From the human T2T-CHM13v2.0 reference genome, Homo sapiens: a stretch of DNA of 64,000 nucleotides. The position numbers were made by a program, and so were the translations under genes. Shown here in pieces: positions 36,266-64,000 of the stretch. The stretch is from the NCBI RefSeq assembly GCF_009914755.1, contig NC_060947.1; one strand, written 5' to 3'. Below the pieces are notes generated by a model. That model did no database searches. It was not told the origin of the DNA and saw only the letters and a list, made by a program, of their open reading frames with translations. Every line of letters begins with the position of its first letter. Within the stretch, counting starts at the first letter, position 1.

Positions 36266-37861
36266 AATGTTTATAGAAGCATTACTTTTATTATTTTTTT
36301 CTTTCTTTAAGAGACAGGATCTCACTATGTTGCCCAGGCTGATCTCGAACCCCCGGACTCAAGAGATCCTCCCACCTCCACCTCCCAAGTAGCCAAGATT
36401 ACAGGCATGTTCCACCAAACTCAACTTAGCATTATTTTTAATAGCCAAAAAGTGGAAACAACCCTAATGTTTATTAACTGATAAATGAATAATATGTTAT
36501 ATATCCACTTAATGGAATACTACTTGGCAATAAAAAGGAATGAGGTACCGATACATGCTACAACATGGAGGAACCTGAAAACATTATCCTAACTGAAATA
36601 ACAAAAGCAACCAGTCAAATCAATGACCTCAGCTTCTGACATAATAAACCAGAAAAAGAAGAGCAAATAAGATCCACAGTAAACAGAAGAAAGGAAATTA
36701 TAAAAATAAGATCAGAATTCATTGAATAAAGAAAAAATAATAGAGAAAAATCAATGACATTAAGAGTTGGTTCCTCTAGAAGATTATTAAAATTGATAAA
36801 CTCTTTGGCAGCATGATCAGGAAAAATGATCAGGGAAAAGAGAGAAGACACACATTACCAATATCAAGAATGACTACAGATGCCACAGATTTGAGAAAAT
36901 AACCAGGAATATTATTGTGTTACTGTGATGTATATATTTGGTTTTGTTCGTGATTCCTGGCTTTCACCTTCTGAAAGCCTTATTGTTTCCCAAGTAATTA
37001 GAGTGATAAGAATATCTTTTGTTAAAGTATTGTATTTGGTCTTTTGTCTTTGGTTGCTGAAGTAGCACCTGAACTTAAAAATGAAAGACACTTTTTTGTT
37101 ATTTACAGCAAGCCCTTCAAACACACCTGGACTTACGTGAATGAGACAGTTTTTGGAAAGCCTTTGGATACCATAGGATGGGGGCGTTGGTTGCCAGGGA
37201 AACTACCCAGGTGCTCAGAGGGTTGGAACTTTTAGTCTCATCCCCCAGCCCTCAGGGAAGGGGCAGGGGCTAAAGGTTAAATTGATGCCAATGGCTAGCG
37301 GTTTAATCAATCATGCCTATGTCATAAAGCTTCTATAAAAACCCAAAAAGGACAGGGTTCAGAGAACTTGCAGATAGACGAACACTTGGGGGCACTCCAA
37401 CTCCAAAGGGACAGAAACTCCTGCAATTGGGACCCTTCCAGACCTTACCTTATGTATCTCTTCATCTGGCTGTTTATTTGTGTCTTTTAAAATATCCTTT
37501 GTAATAAACTGGTAAACGTAAGTAAATGTTTTTGTGAGTTCTGTGAGCCGCTCTAGCAAATTAATCAAACCCAAGGAGCGGAAACTGTGGGAACCCCGAT
37601 TTATAGCCAGTTGATGAGAAGCACAGGTAAAATAACCCGGGGACTCAGTTTTGTGGGATTGCGTCCTCAACCTGTATGATCTGATGCTAGCTCCAGGTAG
37701 ATACTGTCAGAATGGAATTGAATTAGAGGACACCCAGCTGGTGTCCACTGCAAAATTGAATTCTTGCTTGCTGGCGGGAGAAATCCCCACAAATCTGGCA
37801 TCAGAAGTGTGCTGTGAGAGTACGGTGGGAGAAACTGAGTTTAGTTTTTTTCCTATTCATT

Positions 37862-37881
37862 TGGTGTCAGTGAAGAGGGAT
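37862..37881 (+). other. Degenerate tRNA-Leu primer binding site
   Basis: TGGTGTCAG...GGGAT 2 nt after the 5' LTR; resembles the Leu PBS TGGTGTCAG(A/G)AGTGGGAT. Confidence 0.7.
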
Positions 37882-38032
37882 TTGCTAGAAAGGCCCTGGT
37901 TCACAGAAACATTTGGTTTAGGAAGAGAAAGGATGAAAGGGTGGGGGATAAGAAACCTTCCATCCCTGGATAGCTACCTAGTCAGTCACCCATGGTATGA
38001 AACTGCAGCTAAAAAGTTACCAGTGGAATTTA

Positions 38033-38519
<487 letters not shown>

Positions 38520-38520
<1 letters not shown>

Positions 38521-39640
38521 AGAGAGTGCTGAGTTGGACCTTGATGCTGGAATAAGACTAGATTTCAGTAAGCCTGAGCTTCAGCCACTAGCCTGAAAAC
38601 TGACCTCCACGGTAAAAATTGTGCAGGGACAACAGAATGTACCTCTGAGACCTGTGGTTGCCAAGAAGGTAGTCAATGTGGGAGAAACCCAAGAAATTAT
38701 TGAAACTAAAGGATGGTGTAAAGGAAATGTTTAATTTTGTAGATGGTATCATGAGCTTGCTGAGCAGCTTTTACTAAAATGAATTCTGAGAGTAACAAAT
38801 TTAGGAGCAGTATCTTTGGTTTTAAATGCTGCAGGGTGAAAGAACATGTTTGAGTTGATGCAAGAACCACAGCTCACTGTTGAACAATCGTAGATAGCTA
38901 TATGTGATCCAGACATGCAGGAGGCTATTCCTGAGAGCCACCCAGCATGGTGGACTGGATAAAAGCCACTGTAAAGTATGTTTACCCTTTACAGATAGCC
39001 CCCATGAGATAGGCCCCATAAGAAGGGGGACTATGTGACTCCCTCTATTATAAATGCCAAGTGGAACATCCCAGGCGAAGCAGCTGACATACTTCATATG
39101 CAAGCTATGTGGGACTGGTTTATGATGCCTGGGATATTAACCTACTGAATATGCACATTACCCAGGTCATGGCAGATGCTGTGATTAAAGGGGGTACCTA
39201 AAGTATGGGCACCCCATGTGATGTTACTCCTGCAAAACTGAACAACAGTTGGAGAAACCTCATCTGATTTGCTGGCTCGACTTCCCCATACAGATCTCAC
39301 TGATACCAAGGACATTAAAGTAGGGATTATATTTCCCACATAAAGGGAATGTGGGGAAAGACAGAGGGAAGAGTCAGGGAACTCACTCCAGCAGGGTAGA
39401 AATCTTTAGATGGTTTAGATGGGATCAATTTGGCAGACAATAGATGGTGCTAAAACAAATGGGACACCCCCCATCTCCCATCCCTCACTGCTGGTCCCCC
39501 AACTTTAAAAGGCTCCAAGCAAGTCCTCTACATTTATTCCAGTTTGGAGGAATTTTTAAAGCTGGAAGGCAAAGATTACATGAGGTATCCCATTTGGAAT
39601 CACCTAGGGCAATGGTTAGATTAATTGGGGTGATGATTGA
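38520..39640 (+). pseudogene. gag: Decayed ERVL-type gag
   Basis: Translates LRPVVAKKVV...IIETKG and LLK*ILRVTNLGAVSLVL..., resembling the ERVL gag WILRVWD motif; stops and frameshifts. Confidence 0.7.
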
Positions 39641-39774
39641 CTAAGAGACTTAGACTTGGCTGGGTACCTGAAGTCATTTGCATACATATGGGTAAAATGT
39701 CCAGATTGGGGAGAAGAAACCTTCTGGGGACTCCTTGACACAGGAGCCCAATGCATTGTGATTCCAAAGCCTTT

Positions 39775-40107
<333 letters not shown>

Positions 40108-40201
40108 TTATAAAGGGGAGCTAAGCTTAAATTGGGAAGGTATGGAGAGGGAACAGTTTGGATGAAACAGTTTGGATACAAGTTTGGATGAAAAGTGCGA
40201 T

Positions 40202-42339
<2,138 letters not shown>

Positions 42340-42374
42340 TCTACCTAATATTATAAAAACAGAAGGCATGTAAG

Positions 42375-42997
42375 TGATACCGACAGGAGGCAGCCAAATG
42401 CCTAGGCAGATGGGGCGGGTCCCCGGTGAAACCCAACCTCCAAGCTGAAGCCAGTCTAAAACCTGAAAGCCAAGCTATAAGTTAAATCTATGAACTGTAC
42501 TGAGAACTTGTTTTTCCATTTGATGCACTTTCCTCTGATTAATCCTCACCCTTCACCTATTTTACATATACCTGCCCTTTCCTAATTGGCTTTCCACACT
42601 GTCATGCCCACCTTTGAGTGGTGTCTTCGCTTTAACCTTTTTCCACACTCATAAACCAATCAGCACGCCCTCCCCATTCTGAGTCCATAAAAGGCCCCAG
42701 ACCCAGCCGCATGGGGAGAAAAACCACCTGACTGTTGGGGTGGGGGACTGCTCCCCTCCCCCGCTCCCCGCTCTACTGAGAGCTGTTCCATTACTCAATA
42801 AAACTCCCCACCTTGCTCACTCTTCGATTGTCAGCGCATCCTCATTCTTCTTGGCATGGGACATGAACTCAGGAACTGGTGCACGAGCCAGACTCGGCCA
42901 AGGTGGGACAAGTAGGCAGGCCATCTCCTGCAGCGGGTAGTGTAGCCAAGTGAGGCCCGAGTAGCTTGCAAAGTGACTGAGAAAAAATCCTGTGTCA
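42375..42997 (+). mobile_element. LTR9-type ERV1 solo LTR
   Basis: TGATACCGACAGGAGGCAGCCAAATGCCTAGGCAGA...CCTGTGTCA; perfect TSD TAAG; CCAAT, TATA-like and AATAAA motifs. Confidence 0.85.
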
Positions 42998-43092
42998 TAA
43001 GTCAACCTTCAGGCCAGTCTTGATTAGGCATGCTAAATGGGAACCACTAAAACTGCCTGAACCCACACCAGTGGTTAATTTAAAACAATATA

Positions 43093-43376
43093 GGCCGGGT
43101 GCGGTGGCTCATGCCTGTAATCCCAGCACTTTGGGAGGCCGAGGTGGGTGGATCACGAGGTCAGGAGATGGAGACCATCCTGGCTAACACAGTGAAACCC
43201 TGTCTGTACTAAAAATACAAAAAATTAGCTGGGCGCGGTGGCAGGCACCTGTAGTTCCAGCTACTTGGGAGGCTGAGGCAGGAGAATGGCATGAAAACCC
43301 GGGAGGCGGAGCTTGCAGTGAGCCAAGATTGTGCTATTGCACTCCAGCCTGGGCAACACAGCAAGACTCCGTCTCA

Positions 43377-43393
<17 letters not shown>
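43093..43393 (+). mobile_element. AluY element
   Basis: GAGACCATCCTGGCTAACAC, GGAGAATGGC, GGAGCTTGCAG diagnostics. Confidence 0.95.
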
Positions 43394-43394
<1 letters not shown>

Positions 43395-43410
<16 letters not shown>

Positions 43411-44908
43411 TATAGAATATATATATATATAGAATATATATATATAGAATATATATATATAGAATATATATATATAGAATATATATAGAATATATATAGA
43501 ATATATATATAGAATATATATATAGAATATATATAGAATATATATATATATAGAATATATATATAGAATATATATAGAATATATATATATATAGAATATA
43601 TATAGAATATATATATAGAATATATATATAGAATATATATATATAGAATATATATATAGAATATATATATATAGAATATATATATAGAATATATATATAT
43701 AGAATATATATATAGAATATATATATATAGAATATATATATAGAATATATATATATAGAATATATATATAGAATATATATATATAGAATATATATATAGA
43801 ATATATATATAGAATATATATATAGAATATATATATAGAATATATATATAGAATATATATATAGAATATATATATATAGAATATATATATAGAATATATA
43901 TATAGAATATATATATAGAATATATATATAGAATATATATATAGAATATATATATAGAATATATATATATAGAATATATATATAGAATATATATATATAG
44001 AATATATATATAGAATATATATATATAGAATATATATATAGAATACATATATAGAATATATATAGAATACATATATAGAATATATATATAGAATACATAT
44101 ATAGAATATATATATAGAATACATATATAGAATATATATATAGAATACATATATAGAATATATATATAGAATACATATATAGAATATATATATAGAATAC
44201 ATATATAGAATATATATATAGAATACATATATAGAATATATATATAGAATATATATATAGAATACATATATAGAATATATATATAGAATATATATAGAAT
44301 ATATATATAGAATATATATATAGAATATATATAGAATATATATATAGAATATATATATAGAATATATTTAGAATATATATATAGAATATATTTAGAATAT
44401 ATATATATTCTATATATATATAGAATATATATATAGAATATATATATAGAATACATATATATAGAATACATATATAGAATACATATATAGAATACATATA
44501 TAGAATATATATATAGAATACATATATAGAATACATATATAGAATACATATATAGAATATATATATAGAATACATATATAGAATATATATATAGAATATA
44601 TATATAGAATATATATAGAATATATATATAGAATATATATATAGAATATATATAGAATATATATATAGAATATATATAGAATATATATATATTCTATATA
44701 TATAGAATATATATAGAATATATATATAGAATATATATATAGAATATATATATAGAATATATATATAGAATATATATATAGAATATATATATAGAATATA
44801 TATATATAGAATATATATATAGAATATGTATATATAGAATATATATATAGAATATGTATATATAGAATATATATATAGAATATATATATAGAATATATAT
44901 ATAGAATA
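43395..44908. repeat. 1.5 kb AT-rich minisatellite [(TA)nGAA]n
   Basis: Direct observation; 11-15 bp units with GAATAC variants; two inverted units. Confidence 0.97.
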
Positions 44909-46416
44909 GCTGCTGGGCAGAAAGAGATTATTCTATAATCAATGACATGCTAGAAGATTATACCAACAAACTCTGTACAGTAGCCCTGCAAGGCCCATGA
45001 AAATGGTGGATGGCTCATGGAGACTAACAGTAGGCTATCCAGGCTTAAACAAAGTTGTACCACCCATGGACTCAGCAGTCCTGGACATGATTTTGACCAT
45101 ACAGAAAATACAACAGGCTAAAGGAGAACAGTACTCAGAGGTTGATCTTGCAAATGCCCTTCTTCTCTATCTCAATTTCAGAAAAGAGACAACTGCAGTT
45201 TGCCTTCATGTAGGAAGGATCAGTTTATATTTACTGTGCTCCCACAGGGTTACCTGAATTCACCAACTTACTGTCATAATTTGGTCAGGAGGGATTTGGA
45301 CTTGATGTTGGTCTCAAGTGTAATAATACACTATATTGAGGATGCTGTGTTAATATCAGAAACTGAAGAGCAGTCTAGGACTGATTTGAATGCAATGGTG
45401 GCTCACATGACCAACCAAGGCTGGTTAATAAATCCAGCAAAGATTTAAGGGCCTTCCCAAACTGTAAAATTCTTAGGAATAACCTGAGCAGGAGCTATCC
45501 AGGATATTCCACAAGTAACTAAAAATAAGTTGATGTTGCTCCCCACCCCTAGGATGAAACAAGAAGCCCGGCATTTGGTTGGTTTGCTTGGATTTTGGAG
45601 AATGCATATACAACATCTGGGAATATTGCCAGCTCCTATCTATAAGACCATCTGAAGGAAAGCCCTGTTTGAATGGGGACCTGAACAAGAGCAGGTCATG
45701 ACTAAATGACAAAAAGCAGTAGCCCTCTCAGCACTTTGGGGCCCATATAATCCTCACTGAGATATGATTTTGTAAGTGTCTGCCATCCACACTCATGTGG
45801 ACTAGAGCTTGTGGCAAAAGCCCATGAACGCCCCTCAGCCTCAACCATTGGGATTTTGGACCAGAAAATTTTCAGATGCTCCCACCAGGTACATACATAC
45901 CTTTTGAGAAACAACTACTAGCTTATTATTGGGCATTTATTAAGAGTGTCTCAATGACTGAAGGACATAATCATGAAAACTAATACCTGTAATGTTTTGG
46001 GTGATAAGAGAGACATTCAAATAAGGAAGGCAGTGCCCAGAAGAGTTCCATAATAAAATGAAAATGGTTTATATTGGAGCATGCGACCAGAGAGATGCAA
46101 GGAAGCACCCACAGTATCCGTGAGCTGGTAGCCTCTTTTCTTTTAGGACCGACTTTAGAACCATCTGAGGAGCTACTGGAACCAATTGCCCTATGGGCAG
46201 TGCCCGATGAATAGCTCTCAATTGACCAACAAGGAGCTGCTTGGTTTACAGATGGCAGTTCCCAGGGGAATGGAAACTGCCTTGTTTGGAAAGCTGCTGC
46301 ATTAAAACCAGGACACGGAAAGATGGATTGAAGAAGGTAAGAATAAATCAGCTCAATGGGCTGAGTTGCATGCTGTTTTCCTATCAGTTAGCAGTGATAA
46401 AAGCCACTGTGTTTGA

Positions 46417-46580
46417 GCTGGGTGCAGTGGCTCATGCCTGTATTCCCAGAACTTTGGAAGGCTGAGGTGGGAGGATTGCTTGAGCCCGTGAGTTTGAGGC
46501 TGCAGTGAGCTATGATCACACCACTGCACACCAACCTGGGCAACAGGGTGAGACCCTGTCTCTAAAAAATAAACATTAAA
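46417..46580 (+). mobile_element. Alu monomer (FRAM-like)
   Basis: TSD AGCCACTGT(G/A)TT. Confidence 0.85.
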
Positions 46581-46871
46581 ATAGCCACTGTATTCGGGTT
46601 TTTACTATTTATGGGTAGTAGCCAATAGCCTGGTCATATGGTCAGTTAGACAGACAATGGAGAACTGGACTATTAAAGGAATTTCTGTATGGGGCACAGC
46701 CCACTAGGAAATCACTCTAGGAATTTAAGGGGCACATTAAAGTAGGACGTGTCAATGCCTATCAGAAGAACCCTCTTCCAGGCTCAGAAGGTGATTGGAA
46801 CTATAAAGTGAACTTTTTGGTGAGCTCCTTTGAGGTGGCCACCTGGGTCCATGAAATGAGTGAACCTTTAA

Positions 46872-47065
46872 GTCAGAATTCCTAAGGGCCTGATAGGGTG
46901 GGTTGTACTTTCACCCCATATGGCAAAGTTAAGGCTAACAGTATGTGCCATTATGTTGCCCAGTGGTTGAGGTAGCCCACTAGTTCTGTACTTATGTAAT
47001 CCTACCTTATGTGAATGGGAATAGACTGAGTGGGAGGGATTAGTTAGAATGGTATTGCTGCTAGC
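46872..47065 (+). pseudogene. Degenerate dUTPase-like domain
   Basis: VRIPKGLIGWVVLSPHMAKLRLTVCAIMLPSG*GSPLVLYLCNPT...LVRMVLL follows the dUTPase pattern, at the ERVL position after integrase. Confidence 0.65.
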
Positions 47066-47144
47066 AATCTGGACCAGCACAGTGGCCAAACCTAATGTCC
47101 CTTCCAACGGTAAAAAAGTTTGGGTAAAAATAAATGCAAATGGA

Positions 47145-47532
<388 letters not shown>

Positions 47533-47787
47533 TCAGAGCAAGAGAATAATGTTATCTCTTAGCACAACAATTACCAGATGCCCAGAAATGTGAAGCTATA
47601 TGCTTTCCAAGACCACTCCTGCTTTTGGAAACTGACCAGGTTGAATGGCAACCTGCAAACTTGAGTGACAGTTTCCTGGGAGATGTTCTGGGAGATGTTC
47701 TGGGAGATGTTGATTAACTGGACCAAATGTTAATGACTAAATGAAACACTTGTAATGTGCTGGCATCTTTTGAATTCTATTTTTCAG

Positions 47788-49478
<1,691 letters not shown>

Positions 49479-49480
49479 TC

Positions 49481-50249
<769 letters not shown>

Positions 50250-50827
50250 CTAAAGGTTAAGTTGATGCCAATGGCTAGCAGTTTAATCAATCATGCCTAT
50301 GTCATGAAGCTTCTATAAAAATCCAAAAGGGACAGGGTTCAGAGAACTTGCAGATACACGAACACTTTGGGGCACCCCAACTCCAAGGGGACAGAAGCTC
50401 CTGCACTCAGCACCCTTCCAGACTTTGCCCTATGTATCTCTTCATCTGGCTGTTTATTTGTGTCTTTTAAAATATCCTTTGTAGTAAACTGGTAAACGTA
50501 AGTAAATGTTTCCCTGAGTTCTGTGAGCCACTCTCGCAAATTAATCAAACCCAAGGAGTGGAGGCTGCGATTTATAGCCAGTTGATCAGAAGCACAAGTA
50601 AAATAACCCAGGGACTCAGTTTGGTGGGATTGCATCTTCAACCTGTGTGATCTGATGCTAGCTCCAGGTAGATACTGTCAGAATGGAATTGAATTAGAGA
50701 ACACCCAGCTGGTGTCCACTGCAAAATTGATTGCTTGCTTGCTGGAGAGAGAAATCCCCGTACGTCTGGCATCAGGAGCGTGCTGTGAGAGTATGGTGGG
50801 AGAAACTGAGTTTGTTTTTCCTACTCA

Positions 50828-53285
<2,458 letters not shown>

Positions 53286-53287
53286 TT

Positions 53288-54690
<1,403 letters not shown>

Positions 54691-54759
54691 TCCTTCTTTT
54701 GCAAGCTATGTATGTAGGACTCAGGCTCCCAACAATGCCAGTGATAATGGATACAAAAT

Positions 54760-61400
<6,641 letters not shown>

Positions 61401-61595
61401 GAAATAGTAGAACATGACACTTTTTCTCCCAATTCAGTGTAGCCTCACTGACTGGTTAAGGAGACCGTCGCAGCCCCATGAAGGTGCTTTCGCCCACCAG
61501 ATGGTGGAGTACTGTCATTTTAGAGATAGAAACAAGAGCAAATATGGAAGGAGTTCTTAAATCTTCCAAAACCTGCTTATCTCCCTGCCTGCTCA

Positions 61596-61991
<396 letters not shown>

Positions 61992-62519
61992 CTACAAGTG
62001 CATGACTCAGTTTCCCTTGTTCCCCCTGTCTTCTCTCCCTACAACTCTGCCTGATGATTTCTGTGTGCTCATCTCATAAAGACAGGTCTTTCTGGAGAAC
62101 CCTCTCCTCCCACTGCAAAGGGAGGAAAGCTGCTTCAGAGTGGATAGTGAGTGTGTGGGGGGGCGTTCAGTCCAGCTGGCCCCTCCCACCCTCCTTCGCA
62201 AGGCATTCCTTCCCCATCACTGTTCCTCACCATCGCCAACAACAGAACAATCCTTTCTCTTGACGGCCTTGGAAGGTCATGAGTGAAGGCTAACTGAGGG
62301 CAAACTGAGATAGCAGGAGTCCAGGTCAAGATCCCTGTCTTGAGATAAAGTCTGAGATCCTTAGGCTGGCATTCAGGGTCTCATCCCTGCCTCCTGAGCA
62401 TCCCTCATCAGGCAACATCAAATTGCTTCCAGCATGCTCCAAACACACTACCCTCTGGGACCCCCCAAGCCTTTGTACAGGCTGTTTCACTCACCTAGTC
62501 ACCTTTTTAAATGGAATTA

Positions 62520-62735
62520 AGAGGTATATGGTACTGATTATGTCTTGACACTGTTCCGAACACTTCACAGATATTACCTCATTTATCCTCACAACCCTAT
62601 TGTAAGCACTATTATCACCCCATTTAACAGATAAGGAACTTGAGGCACAAGGAGGGTAAGAGGCATGGATTCAAACCCAAGCAGTCTGGTGCCCGAGTCA
62701 GTGCTCTTAGCCACTGCACTATGCTGCCTCTTAAA
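62520..62735 (-). mobile_element. MIR
   Basis: CCTCACAACCCTAT...CCCCATTTAACAGATAAGGAACTTGAGGCAC...GCTCTTAGCCAC. Confidence 0.85.
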
Positions 62736-63032
62736 CTTCCGACTCACTTCCACTTCTTCCACACTGACCTTGGGTGTCAACACTTCTCCCCACCCCGCCC
62801 CTGACATTTTTGGGCTCCCACAGCTCTCAGTTCCCACCTTCACTTCACACTGTAATGAAACAATCTGATTGCCTCTTTTACTTTTTCATTTTTAAAAACT
62901 TTGTATTGAAGTAGTATAACACATAAAGTACTCATTTTCTCTCTCCTGCCACCATGTGAAGAAGGTCCTTGCTTCCCCTTCATCTTCCACCACGCTTGTA
63001 AGTTTCCTGAGGCCTCCCAGCCACGCAGAACT

Positions 63033-63790
63033 TTACAGGGCTTTGACACTTGGGTACACGTATCTCATCTAAAGAAGGCACTGACTTCTGCCAGTATCTG
63101 ACACCAAGCTCAAGCTAACCAAAGCCTCATCTTTAGGCCTGGGCAAAGTTTATATCTTCCAGGTTACAGCAGTTCCATGTAAAGATGATGATCATGCAAG
63201 GATTCCAGCCAATTCTTGTCTCGGAATCGGACTCACCTGCTGATGCACCCTGGGGACCCTTAGACCAGGCATCCAGAGATTTCCAATCCCTGGACAGGCA
63301 AGGCCAGCACCCTTAAATTAGCAAGAAGAAGATACAGATGACTGGCCTCCTCCCTCATCAACCCTTAAGAATAAGGGATGGAAATCTCTGAAGGGTGAAT
63401 GAATTAGGAAGAGCACTGGGTGGTTACAGGAGGATGAAAAAACTCAAACAACAGCTAAAACAAGAACTAGGCAAAGAAACAATGGGATAACAGAAAATCT
63501 GAAATAAGGGGGAGAAAATGGCCAGAATCCCAGCCAGGGTGACATGTCCATGACTCTTCTGGGAAAACCCAAATAAGGGAGAAAAGGGGTGGTAACCAGA
63601 GTGGGGGAGCTGAAATCCCCTCCTTTTCTAGAACATCTAATGATTATTCCACCCCCTAATTAAAGAAACACCCATAAAATTAGAAACCCAAACTCCCTTC
63701 TGTGCAACTCGTTCTCACAAACACGCCCGCACTTCTCTCTCTTAAGTGTTTACTTTTGCCTTGCAATAAAAGCTTCTTGCCTTTCCCTTC
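63033..63790 (+). mobile_element. ERV1 (MER4-group-like) 3' internal fragment, PPT and truncated LTR (from 63400)
   Basis: KFISSRLQQFHVKMMIMQGFQPI at 63146-63214 (gamma-type Env cytoplasmic tail); purine tract 63390-63399 then TG; AATAAA ~63765. Confidence 0.75.
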
Positions 63791-63814
63791 AAAAGAGAAG
63801 AGAAAAGTACTTGA

Positions 63815-63999
<185 letters not shown>

Positions 64000-64000
64000 A

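Larger units (their letters stand above)
43002..46860 (+). pseudogene. pol: Decayed pol (RT, tether, RNase H, start of integrase)
   Basis: KWEPLKLP...LKQYRI, DGSWRLTV, DLANA, LPQGYLNSP (45239), HYIED (45329-45343; YIDD variant), WFTDGSS (46242), SAQWAEL (46348), ATWVHE. Confidence 0.92.

Noticed and set aside
35856-36392. Y/I/H/T/C/V-rich ORFs
   Set aside because: Dinucleotide low-complexity tract.
43261-44575. Longest ORFs (313-413 aa, Y/I/S/F-rich)
   Set aside because: Translations of the AT minisatellite; no coding signal.
47676-47711. Short tandem copies (CTGGGAGATGTT x3; also 27483-27516 and 40152-40192)
   Set aside because: Ordinary slippage duplications in decaying repeats.

Overview
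Primate (very likely human) genomic DNA, dense in Alu, L1 and LTR elements. I can support no intact protein-coding gene, and I could not name the locus. Almost every ORF in the supplied track comes from Alu, L1, ERV or microsatellite sequence. Three zones: (1) 1-22 kb, partly unique and MIR/L2-rich. It contains an apparent ancient ~5 kb tandem duplication of a regulatory module: an ETS site with a minus-strand splice pair, a degenerate 39-bp G/T-skewed array, and a CpG-rich promoter-like element, with tandem CTCF-like motifs kept in copy 1 only. (2) 23-53 kb, a chain of old L1s hosting a full-length MST MaLR, several solo LTRs, and a 13.9 kb class III (MER21-type, ERVL) provirus. The provirus carries decayed gag, pro, RT and RNase H, a deleted integrase core, a dUTPase remnant and, unexpectedly, an envelope remnant that looks foamy-virus/F-protein-like rather than gamma-type. 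It is packed with nested insertions, including a 1.5 kb AT-rich minisatellite grown from an Alu target-site duplication (TSD). (3) 53-64 kb, L2/L1MC/Alu debris and an ERV1 env-tail plus LTR fragment. Repeat subfamily names come from remembered consensus sequences and need RepeatMasker/Dfam confirmation.
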